Notes under the pieces: generated by a model
The model's input: only the letters and a program-made list of their open reading frames with translations
Databases searched by the model: none
What the model was told of the DNA's origin: nothing
Origin: an uncultured virus (IMG/VR IMGVR_UViG_3300008267_005860)
Taxonomy: Duplodnaviria; Heunggongvirae; Uroviricota; Caudoviricetes
Strand: one strand, 5' to 3'
DNA length: 64,000 bases
IMG/VR virus record: IMGVR_UViG_3300008267_005860
Program-made: the position numbers and the translations under genes
Part shown: in pieces, positions 45,654-55,060 of the stretch
Numbering within the stretch: the stretch's first letter is position 1
How the letters are laid out: every line of letters begins with the position of its first letter

Positions 45654-46720
45654 TCTATATTGTTGATTTAGAAGCTGTTGAAACTCGCTACACAGCGCAA
45701 TGGAAAGAACATGTACCTAAACTTCTTAAAAAATCTGGACATCAGATTCAAGTTATCTCTGGTCCTGAAGATGTTCCTCGTGCCACTACTCCTGGTGCCT
45801 TTCTCAATTTTGGCGGCACTAATATCTATAAGTCTTGCCAAGTTGAAGAATTTAGTCGCTTATTTACATCCGGATCAGTTAAGCCAGGGGATCATTTTTT
45901 GTTTACTGATGCTTGGCACCCTGGCATCATAAACTTAAAATACATGAGTGAACTGTTGGGTATTCCGGTAGTTACTCATGGATTATGGCATGCTGGCAGT
46001 TATGATCCTCAAGACTTCCTAGGACGTCTTGTTGGAGATAAGCCTTGGGTTAGAAATGCAGAGAAGAGTTTCTTTCATGCATTTGATCACAACTACTTTG
46101 CCACTGACTTCCATATTGATATGTTTGCACACAATCTATTAAGCATAGATTTTGACACAGCAAAACTTTCATATATCGATAAAAATAAAATTGTACGCAC
46201 AGGATGGCCTATGGAATATATGGAAGATACACTTACTCCATATAAGAATATGCCCAAGAGAGATCTTATCTTGTTCCCGCATCGTATTGCACCTGAGAAG
46301 CAAGTAGAAATCTTTAGAGATTTAAAACATCATTTGCCGCAATATGAATTCGTAGTTTGTCAGGATCAACAGCTGACAAAAAATGAATATCACAATTTAC
46401 TAGGTGAAGCAAAGTTAGTGTTCAGTGCCAACTTACAAGAAACACTAGGTATTAGCTGTTACGAGGGTGCTATCGTTGATGCTATTCCTATGGTGCCCGA
46501 TAGACTATCATACAAAGAAATGTATTACGATACATTTAAGTATCCTAGCAAGTGGACAGAAAACTACGATGCATACACCGTGTACCGTCCGGATCTCTGT
46601 CGTGCTATTATGATCCATATGGATAATTATAAAACTAGATTACCTATGCTTCGTAAACAAACGGGGGATTTACATGAGCAATTCTTCTCAGCCAAAGAAT
46701 TATACAGACGATTTACTTAA
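45650..46720 (+). CDS. GT-B (GT4-like) glycosyltransferase
   Basis: HRIAPEKQ and ETLGISCYEG (E-x7-E) donor-binding motifs. Confidence 0.8.
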   Translation: MIYIVDLEAVETRYTAQWKEHVPKLLKKSGHQIQVISGPEDVPRATTPGAFLNFGGTNIYKSCQVEEFSRLFTSGSVKPGDHFLFTDAWHPGIINLKYMSELLGIPVVTHGLWHAGSYDPQDFLGRLVGDKPWVRNAEKSFFHAFDHNYFATDFHIDMFAHNLLSIDFDTAKLSYIDKNKIVRTGWPMEYMEDTLTPYKNMPKRDLILFPHRIAPEKQVEIFRDLKHHLPQYEFVVCQDQQLTKNEYHNLLGEAKLVFSANLQETLGISCYEGAIVDAIPMVPDRLSYKEMYYDTFKYPSKWTENYDAYTVYRPDLCRAIMIHMDNYKTRLPMLRKQTGDLHEQFFSAKELYRRFT

Positions 46721-47066
46721 CGAAGTAATGATCAGTGCCGGTGGCACTGGTGTAGATACAGACAGTGTCACTATTACATTGCCCAGTGATACAATGTCAT
46801 CTTACAGTGGGGGCATTGTTACATTAACAGGTAGTGGTGCAGGTTCTGTTTATACTATTAACACCACTGATACAATAACTTTAACAGACGGTTTTACTAA
46901 CATCTGGACAAATGAACAGAATGAATGGGTAGATAAATTCCCAGAATGGGATAGAATTAAAGATATGTGTAAACAATATCCTAGTTTAGAAATTGCATTA
47001 CGAAATTTTGAAACTATCTATAAACTAGTAAAGGACGACTATGATAATCCGACTCCTAAAAAATAA
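46674..47066 (+). CDS. Hypothetical protein
   Basis: Low-complexity N-half, helical C-terminus; start uncertain. Confidence 0.55.
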   Translation: MSNSSQPKNYTDDLLNEVMISAGGTGVDTDSVTITLPSDTMSSYSGGIVTLTGSGAGSVYTINTTDTITLTDGFTNIWTNEQNEWVDKFPEWDRIKDMCKQYPSLEIALRNFETIYKLVKDDYDNPTPKK

Positions 47067-47520
47067 ATTCTTTAGATTTTTAGAACGTAATGATCGCAAA
47101 AGAATCATTATGGATCGTGTCAGTGAAGAACCGTATCTTGAACGGTACTATGTTTTTCTTAAAGACAGAACATGGTTTCCATTTAACGTGTTTCTACACA
47201 AATTTCTTAAGTCAGATCCCGATGATGTGCATGACCATCCATGGCCTTACGCTACTCTAATTCTTAAAGGAGGGTACTATGAATGGCTTCCACAGTTTGA
47301 CAGTGGAGGTAACAAGATCGCCGAAATGTGTGTATGGAGAGGGCCTGGAAGTTTTCGTATATGTGGTGCTACTAGTTATCATCGTATCGAGCTTGACCCT
47401 AGTGTAGATTGTTGGACTTTGTTTATGCCTGGTCCGCAAAAAAGAGAATGGGGATTTCTCGTAAACAATAAATGGATTCCAAATGGCGACTATTTACAAG
47501 AACGTAAACTCCGCGGTTAG
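47041..47520 (+). CDS. Cupin-fold protein
   Basis: HDHPW...ILKGGYYE...YHRIEL...WTLF metal-binding cupin pattern. Confidence 0.7.
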   Translation: MIIRLLKNKFFRFLERNDRKRIIMDRVSEEPYLERYYVFLKDRTWFPFNVFLHKFLKSDPDDVHDHPWPYATLILKGGYYEWLPQFDSGGNKIAEMCVWRGPGSFRICGATSYHRIELDPSVDCWTLFMPGPQKREWGFLVNNKWIPNGDYLQERKLRG

Positions 47521-47878
47521 TCCAGGCTACGGCGCTGTACCGCCACTAACAGTCGGATATACTACCAATACTACCGCAGGACCGTTTTTAACTACCAACG
47601 GTTCAGGAGCAACTAATTGGGCTACTGTGTCACCTAACTATAACATAAGCGACGGAGTAATGAAGGTAAGCGGAGACCCTGCTACGCTAGAAGTCAAAGG
47701 TAAAATGGTGCTTAACGGACGGGACTTGGAAGAACGGTTAGACACAATCGAAAAAGTCTTGCAGATTCCTGAACGTGATGTTATACTTGAAAAAAATTAT
47801 CCGTTACTTAAACAAAAGTACGATGATTACATTAATACACTTTCTAAATATAGAATGTGGGAAGAACTTAAAAAATGA
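47483..47878 (+). CDS. Hypothetical protein
   Basis: Coupled ORF. Confidence 0.6.
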   Translation: MATIYKNVNSAVSPGYGAVPPLTVGYTTNTTAGPFLTTNGSGATNWATVSPNYNISDGVMKVSGDPATLEVKGKMVLNGRDLEERLDTIEKVLQIPERDVILEKNYPLLKQKYDDYINTLSKYRMWEELKK

Positions 47879-48462
47879 AAAAAATACATTACAGTTGGGC
47901 ACAGATAGAAGGAGCATGTTTAGACATTGCTCGACAACTATCTAAAGACAACTGGCGTCCAGATTATATAGTAGGTATTAGTCGAGGCGGATTAATACCT
48001 GCTACATTATTGAGTCACTATATTAATGTGCCAATGAAACCTTTGCAGGTTAGTCTGCGAGACGGTGGCGAGTGTGTTAGCGATTGCAGTATGGCTGAAG
48101 ATGCATTTGGATATCCCAGACAAGAAATTCATATTGCAGATGAAACCGACATTGGGGCTGTTTTAGATGCCGCATCAAGTTTGTTAGAAATGCCCGAAGC
48201 AACGGGATATAAAAATATTCTTGTTGTAGATGATATTAATGATCAAGGCACTACTATTGCATGGATTAAAAAGGACTGGCAATCTAGTTGTTTGCCTGAA
48301 GATCCAGATTGGCAACATGTTTGGAGTAATAACGTAAGATTTGCTACACTAACTAATAATCTAGCCAGCAATGAAACAGTAGATTATTCTGTTTGGGAAG
48401 TTAACAAAGCAGAGGATGATTGCTGGCTGGTCTATCCCTGGGAAGAGTATTGGCTAAAATGA
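47875..48462 (+). CDS. Purine phosphoribosyltransferase (Gpt-like)
   Basis: GISRGGLIPA, ILVVDDINDQGTT PRPP loop, WLVYPWE. Confidence 0.88.
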   Translation: MKKIHYSWAQIEGACLDIARQLSKDNWRPDYIVGISRGGLIPATLLSHYINVPMKPLQVSLRDGGECVSDCSMAEDAFGYPRQEIHIADETDIGAVLDAASSLLEMPEATGYKNILVVDDINDQGTTIAWIKKDWQSSCLPEDPDWQHVWSNNVRFATLTNNLASNETVDYSVWEVNKAEDDCWLVYPWEEYWLK

Positions 48463-48650
48463 AATTTTTTCTTGGCTTTTTAATAGCTACTGTAATATGG
48501 ATAGTAGTTCTAGCGGCTATTCCTATGCCGGAAGAACGGGTTCGTATCTACGATTGCGGAATGGCCGAATGGCATCCTGATATTCCAGAAGATGTAAAAA
48601 ATGCCTGTAGGAAACGATTTAAAAATGTACAACCAGGTCCAATAACATGA
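48459..48650 (+). CDS. Small membrane-anchored protein
   Basis: MKFFLGFL TM helix then YDCGMAEWHPD...C. Confidence 0.6.
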   Translation: MKFFLGFLIATVIWIVVLAAIPMPEERVRIYDCGMAEWHPDIPEDVKNACRKRFKNVQPGPIT

Positions 48651-48913
48651 TCAATATTAATCTGAATATTAGGAATCCTTTCAATAGAAACTTTAAACGT
48701 TTGTGGGGGTGTGCTCGTAGCACACCATTCGCACATAAATTTGTTGAGTTTCAACTGTATAAGGATAATAGTATAATATCTATTAATATTAATTGGACAT
48801 TTAGACAAGATCATTCGGGACTAAACATTGACATTGGTTTTTTAAGTTACTGTTTTGATTTTAATTTTTACGACAGTCGTCACTGGGATTTTAATAAGGG
48901 ACACTACCAATGA
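48647..48913 (+). CDS. Hypothetical protein
   Basis: ATGA overlaps at both ends. Confidence 0.55.
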   Translation: MININLNIRNPFNRNFKRLWGCARSTPFAHKFVEFQLYKDNSIISININWTFRQDHSGLNIDIGFLSYCFDFNFYDSRHWDFNKGHYQ

Positions 48914-49725
48914 CTACAATGACTTTATTTCCTGGTCCCAAAATTGGTATTGTAGGCGCAGGATATGTAGGCGGTGCTATTGCTCGAGCTTATAGCGATA
49001 CTATGGCGCAAATAATCTGCGTAGATGCAGACCCTAGCAAATCTACTGGCACATATCAAGATCTTATGGACTGTGAAGCTGTGTTTGTCTGTGTTCCTAG
49101 TCCTAGTAAGCCCAGCGGAGAATGTGATACTAGCATACTCAATTCAGTATTATATCTGCTCAAAGATTATAAAAATCTTATTATCAGTAAAACTACTGCT
49201 ACTCCAGACTTTTACCAAAGATCACAAGAAATATATCCTAATCTAGTACATGTTCCAGAATTCCTAACTGCGGCTAATGCATTACACGACTTTCTCACAC
49301 AAGAATATGTTATAATTGGTGGATCTGTATTGGCCTATCAAAGAGAAGCAGAAAGAATACTGAAATTTGTACAGCCAATTAAAGCGGCTGCATATACTTC
49401 AATTGGCGAGGCTGCACTAACAAAATACATAATAAACTCATTTCTTGCTACCAAAGTAGTGTTTATGAATGAAATGTATGAATTAGCAGATAGTTTAGGA
49501 TTCGATTGGCGGAAACTGTCTATACTCCTTATGAGTGATTCTAGACTAGGAGGTAGCCATATGATTGTACCAGGTCCAGATGGCCAATTTGGATTTGGTG
49601 GAGCATGTTTTCCCAAAGACACAGAAGCTCTTATTAAATTTGCCGCTAAAAAGAATGTAAACCTAAATACTTTGAAGGCAGCAGTAAAGAAAAACGATCT
49701 TTTGAGGTTGCAAAAACCTAAATAA
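48910..49725 (+). CDS. UDP-glucose/GDP-mannose dehydrogenase-like protein lacking the C-terminal domain
   Basis: GAGYVG, VCVPSP, PEFL, KYIINSFLATK, GFGGACFPKD; only 271 aa. Confidence 0.85.
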   Translation: MTTMTLFPGPKIGIVGAGYVGGAIARAYSDTMAQIICVDADPSKSTGTYQDLMDCEAVFVCVPSPSKPSGECDTSILNSVLYLLKDYKNLIISKTTATPDFYQRSQEIYPNLVHVPEFLTAANALHDFLTQEYVIIGGSVLAYQREAERILKFVQPIKAAAYTSIGEAALTKYIINSFLATKVVFMNEMYELADSLGFDWRKLSILLMSDSRLGGSHMIVPGPDGQFGFGGACFPKDTEALIKFAAKKNVNLNTLKAAVKKNDLLRLQKPK

Positions 49726-49736
49726 TCGTGTACAAT
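49708..49736 (+). promoter_or_regulatory. Sigma70-type promoter TTGCAA-N17-TACAAT with a nested TAAATA
   Basis: -35 at 49708-49713, -10 at 49731-49736; CCTAAATA at 49717-49724. Confidence 0.55.
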
Positions 49737-49777
49737 GTACAATAGTCATCCACGACAATAACTCGGAGAACAATAAA

Positions 49778-50602
49778 TTGACAAATGATTTTACCCCAGA
49801 TCCTGTAATGAATACACCCATTGATCGAAAATTTAAAGCTGACGAATATTTGCCACTGGACAAAAAAGTCTATATTAAAGCCGGCGAGGACATGAGCGAC
49901 AAGGGCTACGAAGAAGCATATCTAGCAGACACACTTCGCTTTAAGATGAAACGTGATAAAAAGAGATTCTGGGCAGGTGACAATATCAGTGACTATGTTG
50001 ACGAAGAAAAGAAAAATCAACTCATTGACGAAGCAACCGAAGCATTTGAACTAGTGCTTGATCGATTGCTGATCGATCGTGAAAACGATCCTAATTCAAA
50101 AGGCACAGCACGTAGACTTGCCAAGATGTACTTCAACGAAATAATGGCAGGACGATATGAACCAGGACCAGATGCAACCGCATTTCCAAACGATTCGGCA
50201 GACCGCTATGAGGGTATGCTGGTTGTACGTAGCGAGCTTCGTAGTATGTGTAGTCATCATCATCAGCCTGTTAGTGGTGTTGCCTATATTGGTATTATTG
50301 CCGCTAATAAACTTATTGGCTTATCGAAATATACACGTATCGCACAGTGGTGTGCTAGACGAGGTACTCTCCAGGAGGAACTTTGTAACGACATCGCCCG
50401 CGAGATTAGTAAAGCTACTGACTCAGAGAACGTAGCAGTCTATGTACAAGCTGTGCATGGTTGTTGCGAGAACCGCGGCATTATGGCACACTCGTCATTG
50501 ACTCAAACTACTGTATTAAAAGGAACATTTAAAGATGATCCTCATACAAAGAAAGAGTTCTTTGATAATATTAAACTGCAACAAGAGTTTGCACCACGTT
50601 AA
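49778..50602 (+). CDS. folE: GTP cyclohydrolase I
   Basis: SMCSHHHQP, IGLSKY.R, LQE, HGCCENRG. Confidence 0.95.
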   Translation: MTNDFTPDPVMNTPIDRKFKADEYLPLDKKVYIKAGEDMSDKGYEEAYLADTLRFKMKRDKKRFWAGDNISDYVDEEKKNQLIDEATEAFELVLDRLLIDRENDPNSKGTARRLAKMYFNEIMAGRYEPGPDATAFPNDSADRYEGMLVVRSELRSMCSHHHQPVSGVAYIGIIAANKLIGLSKYTRIAQWCARRGTLQEELCNDIAREISKATDSENVAVYVQAVHGCCENRGIMAHSSLTQTTVLKGTFKDDPHTKKEFFDNIKLQQEFAPR

Positions 50603-50611
50603 GGAGATAAT

Positions 50612-50788
50612 ATGATGGATAAATTTTTTATATGGGTTGGACGTAACAGAAAAGAAATTAGCCTTACAATTGGTGGGCTAAACATACTGTCTGGAATCAG
50701 TGCATTAGTAAGCGGTAACTATGGACTTGCTATAGTAGGATTTACAATTGGCGGTGCTCTTATTTTTGATGCTTACCGGGGAATTTAA
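50612..50788 (+). CDS. Small membrane protein (58 aa, absent from the ORF track)
   Basis: AAGGAG RBS; MMDKFFIWVGRNRKEISLTIGGL...DAYRGI*; fills the gap exactly. Confidence 0.7.
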   Translation: MMDKFFIWVGRNRKEISLTIGGLNILSGISALVSGNYGLAIVGFTIGGALIFDAYRGI

Positions 50789-51298
50789 ATGAGTCAAGTT
50801 TATTTAATTAAACCACTTGAAAAGAAAAGCATTGTCTATCATGTAGAAATGTTTCGTGAGAACCCAGATGGTACAGTAAGTTGGTTTAACATTGACGAAA
50901 CTTATCGTTGGGGTCAGGGCTTTATTGAAGCGGATCTTGACTGTAATCTTCCCTGGGATGGTGACAATGTTGCCTATGCCAAACCAGATGTAGGTTGGGG
51001 CTGTGAGTTTGACGACAGCATCAGTGTTGAATGGGAATTCAGCGACGATATTAAAGAATTAGAACAACAAGAACTCAAAGAACTTTACTATGAAGGTGGT
51101 GCCGGTTGGCTCTACGATGGTGAACACGATTGGCAAGAAGAAGACTGTGCTGTTCATATTATTGCACCGTACCAAGTTAGTTTATGTGATGAGCTAACAG
51201 GCGAAGTTATTGAAGAAAATGTTAAATTAAAACCTAGACCAAATCCAAGTACATCATGGCCATTTAGTCCAGCATTTCCAAAACCTGAGGAAGAATAA
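50789..51298 (+). CDS. Acidic hypothetical protein
   Basis: Coupled ORF. Confidence 0.7.
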   Translation: MSQVYLIKPLEKKSIVYHVEMFRENPDGTVSWFNIDETYRWGQGFIEADLDCNLPWDGDNVAYAKPDVGWGCEFDDSISVEWEFSDDIKELEQQELKELYYEGGAGWLYDGEHDWQEEDCAVHIIAPYQVSLCDELTGEVIEENVKLKPRPNPSTSWPFSPAFPKPEEE

Positions 51299-51516
51299 TG
51301 AATACTGCTAAAGATATAATGGATCAGTTTATCAGTCGTGCAAAGAACTTGCAAGAGTTTACTATTTGCACCAATGTACCGGATAATTTTAGATTTAACG
51401 GAGTCGTACCATTTGATATGCGAATTGAAGACGATACTATCTATGCTAAAGTATGGGCTGTAGAATTTGATGAAGCCGCTAAAAAGTTAGATGATTTTTT
51501 AGAAACATGTAAGTGA
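51298..51516 (+). CDS. Hypothetical protein
   Basis: GAGG RBS, TAATG coupling. Confidence 0.65.
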   Translation: MNTAKDIMDQFISRAKNLQEFTICTNVPDNFRFNGVVPFDMRIEDDTIYAKVWAVEFDEAAKKLDDFLETCK

Positions 51517-51911
51517 ATAAAAAAATGACAGATAAATTTTTTGACGGTCCTGACGATAAAGACGACAGCGAAGCACCTTGGGATGATATTGTCCGAGAAG
51601 ACTTCCATATTGCTGTGTACAGAGACAAATATCCTGTAACAGAAGGACATCTATTGTTTGTCCCCAAATACAATACAGTGACTATTGTAATGCAGGCTAT
51701 GGATGATGCACTACGCGAAGGTCGTAGAGGTGTTGAACTAGGCGAGTGGGACGGTTTTAATGTAGGTATTAACTACGGTGAAGCAAGTGGTCAAACAGTT
51801 ATGTGGCCTCATGTACATATGATTCCTAGACGCAATGGCGATATGGAAGATCCTAGAGGAGGCGTAAGACATGTTATTCCAGAACGTGGTAACTACAAAA
51901 AAGAAACATAA
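51513..51911 (+). CDS. HIT-family nucleotide hydrolase
   Basis: YPVTEGHLLFVPK, GQTVMWPHVHMIPR. Confidence 0.88.
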   Translation: MNKKMTDKFFDGPDDKDDSEAPWDDIVREDFHIAVYRDKYPVTEGHLLFVPKYNTVTIVMQAMDDALREGRRGVELGEWDGFNVGINYGEASGQTVMWPHVHMIPRRNGDMEDPRGGVRHVIPERGNYKKET

Positions 51912-51921
51912 AAAAATAGAT

Positions 51922-52161
51922 ATGCCTACTAAACCAGAGTGGTATCAAAATGATATACCTAGTGATCAAGTAATTACTGTCAAGTGGCACAATCAAAACA
52001 GTCATTGGTGGAATGAAACGTGTGCCAGTGTACTAGAAGTATTTGGATTGCCCGGTGGAAGGTTTTATTACAAACCTTATCCAGACTATATGACATTTAC
52101 TTTTAAAACAAAAAAAGATGCCAATTTATGTCGTATATTATTAAGTGAAAGGTTAGCATGA
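51922..52161 (+). CDS. Hypothetical protein
   Basis: Start taken at MPTKPEW, after the HIT stop. Confidence 0.55.
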   Translation: MPTKPEWYQNDIPSDQVITVKWHNQNSHWWNETCASVLEVFGLPGGRFYYKPYPDYMTFTFKTKKDANLCRILLSERLA

Positions 52162-52448
52162 AATGGTTTAAAAGATTGATAGCCAAGTGGGCACATCAAG
52201 GTCAAGATTATGTAGAAGTTCAATCTAAAGTTCCTCGATTAATCGGTAGAGACGAATGTGACGTAGTCTGTGACGACCCTATCTTACACTTTAAGGTGTT
52301 TAGTGCTGTAGGCGGGAAAGTTGTAGAGTTTAGACGTTATGATCGCAGGAGTGATCGCAATGATTCTACTACTTACATTATTACTAACGATCAAGACTTT
52401 GGTGATAGAATTAGTAAAATTGCAACAATGGAACAATTAAAATTATGA
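52158..52448 (+). CDS. Hypothetical protein
   Basis: Coupled ORF. Confidence 0.65.
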   Translation: MKWFKRLIAKWAHQGQDYVEVQSKVPRLIGRDECDVVCDDPILHFKVFSAVGGKVVEFRRYDRRSDRNDSTTYIITNDQDFGDRISKIATMEQLKL

Positions 52449-52795
52449 ATCCACAGACCCCAGCACAGGGTGTGCTACTGGTCACCGACTGGGGCACATC
52501 AAAGATGTATAAAGCAGTATGTGAGTGTGCCAACGACGACTGTACACATACAATTGACATTGAAGCAGAAGACACAGGTGTTAATGTAACCATTTACACA
52601 AAAACTAGAACAAACTTTTGGTCCAAATCTCGATGGCGGCACATTTGGAATCTATTAACCAAAGGATATACTGAGCTCGAAACTTGTATTATTATGCGTA
52701 AACAGGTTGCTCTTAACTATGCAAATGTGTTACAATTAGCAGTAAAGGACGTAGAAGAATTGAGGAACAAACATGGAAAAGATCAAAGTAAGTGA
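52445..52795 (+). CDS. Hypothetical protein with CEC...C.H motif
   Basis: Coupled ORF. Confidence 0.65.
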   Translation: MNPQTPAQGVLLVTDWGTSKMYKAVCECANDDCTHTIDIEAEDTGVNVTIYTKTRTNFWSKSRWRHIWNLLTKGYTELETCIIMRKQVALNYANVLQLAVKDVEELRNKHGKDQSK

Positions 52796-53645
52796 AATGT
52801 TTTATTCGGCGCAAGGAGAAGGACGCTTTGTAGGTGTCCCTTCTGTTTTCTTGCGTACATTTGGATGTAACTTTAAGTGTGCTGGATTTGGCATGCCTAA
52901 AGGCCAGTTAACTACTGAAGCAGATGCTGTAGCAGAGCAACAGATTTCTTTTAACAAATGGAAAACTTTTGAAGAGCTGCCGTTGGTAACTACAGGCTGT
53001 GACAGCTATGCCAGCTGGCATCCAGCATTTAAGGATTTAAGTCCTTACTATTCATTAGATGAATGTATAGGCAAAATGTTAGATCTTACACCTAACAAAC
53101 GCTGGACACAGGACAACGGTAATGATGTTCATTTAGTTATCACTGGCGGAGAGCCGTTGCTAGGATGGCAACAGTTATATACTCCATTATTAAAGAATCC
53201 TCTTATGCAGGATCTATGGAATGTAACTTTTGAAACTAATGGCACTCAAAAGCTCTATGAGCAGTTAAAGGTATTCATTGCATGGAATTGGAATGAGCAT
53301 ACAGGTAGAGAAGTTACCTTTAGTGTAAGTCCAAAATTAAGTGCCAGTGGTGAAGACTGGAATGATACTATTAAGCCTGAAGTAATTATTGACTATCAGG
53401 AAGTGGGTTTTGTGTATCTTAAATTTGTAGTGTCTACACTAGAAGATTTAGAAGAAGTAGATCGTGCAGTTGGGGTTTATAGACGTGCAGGATTTAGAGG
53501 GCCTGTGTATCTTATGCCAGTAGGCGGAGTTGTCAGTGTCTATGACAACAATAGAATACACATTGCAGATGAAGCATTAAAAAGAGGTTACTACTATAGT
53601 CCACGTTTACACGTTGACTTATGGGGTAACGGATGGGGGAAATAA
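52773..53645 (+). CDS. queE: 7-carboxy-7-deazaguanine synthase-like radical SAM enzyme
   Basis: EMFYSAQGEG..VG.PSVFLRT.GC, ITGGEP, ETNG, SVSPK, PRLH. Confidence 0.88.
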   Translation: MEKIKVSEMFYSAQGEGRFVGVPSVFLRTFGCNFKCAGFGMPKGQLTTEADAVAEQQISFNKWKTFEELPLVTTGCDSYASWHPAFKDLSPYYSLDECIGKMLDLTPNKRWTQDNGNDVHLVITGGEPLLGWQQLYTPLLKNPLMQDLWNVTFETNGTQKLYEQLKVFIAWNWNEHTGREVTFSVSPKLSASGEDWNDTIKPEVIIDYQEVGFVYLKFVVSTLEDLEEVDRAVGVYRRAGFRGPVYLMPVGGVVSVYDNNRIHIADEALKRGYYYSPRLHVDLWGNGWGK

Positions 53646-54094
53646 TGAAAAACTTATTAAGAAAAATATTTGGTCTTGACCAATTAGAAGAAGCTGTTGT
53701 CGTTGCTCGTCAAAAACTTGAAGAGGCAGAAAAATCTAAACAAGAAGTAGAAGCATCGCTTCAGAAAGCTCTTAAAGAAGAAGAACTGGCTAAACTTACA
53801 CCTAAAGAACGTGCTACTGCCAAAGGCGAACCTTGGGTGGCGGTGTTAGACACCCATGTAAACAAAGACAATATTCGCAACGGCTTTTTTGAGCTTGACT
53901 GGAATGCAGAGTTTGTGTTACAATTGAAACAGGCTGGATACGGCTTTGACGGTGATCCAGATGAAGAAATTGTAGATCGTTGGTTTAGAGATTTGGCTAG
54001 AAACATTTTAGGTGAGGAAGGTCAAGACACTACTCGTGGCGCAGGATTTATAAATGTTATTCCAATTTCAAAAGGCAAATCAGAGGTTTCATGA
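53645..54094 (+). CDS. Hypothetical phage protein
   Basis: TAATG coupling; coiled coil then FFELDWN. Confidence 0.7.
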   Translation: MKNLLRKIFGLDQLEEAVVVARQKLEEAEKSKQEVEASLQKALKEEELAKLTPKERATAKGEPWVAVLDTHVNKDNIRNGFFELDWNAEFVLQLKQAGYGFDGDPDEEIVDRWFRDLARNILGEEGQDTTRGAGFINVIPISKGKSEVS

Positions 54095-55056
54095 CATATA
54101 TTTTAGTAGACACAGCTAATACATTCTTTCGTGCTCGTCACGTTATTCGTGGTGATGCTGACATTAAGTTAGGCATGGCCTTACATATTACATTCAACAG
54201 TATTAAGAAAGCTTGGCAAGACTTTAATGGTAGTCATGTTGTGTTCTGTCTTGAAGGTCGGTCGTGGCGCAAAGACTACTACAAGCCTTACAAAGCTAAT
54301 CGAGCAGAAACTCGTGCGGCAATGACGGTTAAGGAACAAGAAGAAGATAAATTATTCTGGGAAACGTTTGATGCGTTCAAAGATTTTGTTATCAATAAGA
54401 CTAACTCTACTGTACTTCAAAATTCAGTGTTAGAAGCAGATGATCTTATTGCTGGTTGGATTGCCGATCATCCCAATGATGATCATGTGATTATCTCAAC
54501 AGACAGCGACTTTCATCAGCTGATCGCACCTAATGTTAAGCAGTACAACGGTGTAGCAGAGACACTTACTACTATTGAAGGCATATTTGATAAGAAAGGC
54601 AAACTAGTAGTTGATACAAAAACTAAAGAGCCTAAAGACATTCCTAATCCAGAATGGATCTTATTTGAAAAATGTATGCGAGGCGATAGCAGTGATAACG
54701 TCTTTTCAGCATACCCTAAAGTACGTAAAAATAAATTACAAGAAGCATTTAACGATAGAACCAATAAAGGCTTCGCGTGGAACAACATGATGTTGCAACG
54801 TTGGGTCGACCACGAAGGTGAAGAACACCGTGTGCTCGACGACTATGAACGCAATCGTCGACTAATTGATTTAAAGCATCAACCGGATCATATTAAATCT
54901 ATTATTAAAGAGACTATTACTGAAAATAGTAAAACTAAAACCGTTGATCAAGTAGGCATACGTCTTCTTAAGTTCTGTCAGCTATATGATATGAAAAGAA
55001 TGATGGATAGTATTCAGCAATATGCAGAACCCCTACAGGCAAAATACAAGGAATAA
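54091..55056 (+). CDS. rnh: 5'-3' exonuclease/T4 RNase H-like flap nuclease
   Basis: LVDTAN, YKANR, EADDLI, STDSDF.QL, GDSSDN. Confidence 0.9.
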   Translation: MTYILVDTANTFFRARHVIRGDADIKLGMALHITFNSIKKAWQDFNGSHVVFCLEGRSWRKDYYKPYKANRAETRAAMTVKEQEEDKLFWETFDAFKDFVINKTNSTVLQNSVLEADDLIAGWIADHPNDDHVIISTDSDFHQLIAPNVKQYNGVAETLTTIEGIFDKKGKLVVDTKTKEPKDIPNPEWILFEKCMRGDSSDNVFSAYPKVRKNKLQEAFNDRTNKGFAWNNMMLQRWVDHEGEEHRVLDDYERNRRLIDLKHQPDHIKSIIKETITENSKTKTVDQVGIRLLKFCQLYDMKRMMDSIQQYAEPLQAKYKE

Positions 55057-55060
55057 CACA

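Noticed and set aside
49737..49777. PreQ1- or folate-type riboswitch upstream of folE
   Set aside because: Only a 3-bp GTC/GAC stem is visible and I cannot match a known consensus; an Rfam search would be needed.
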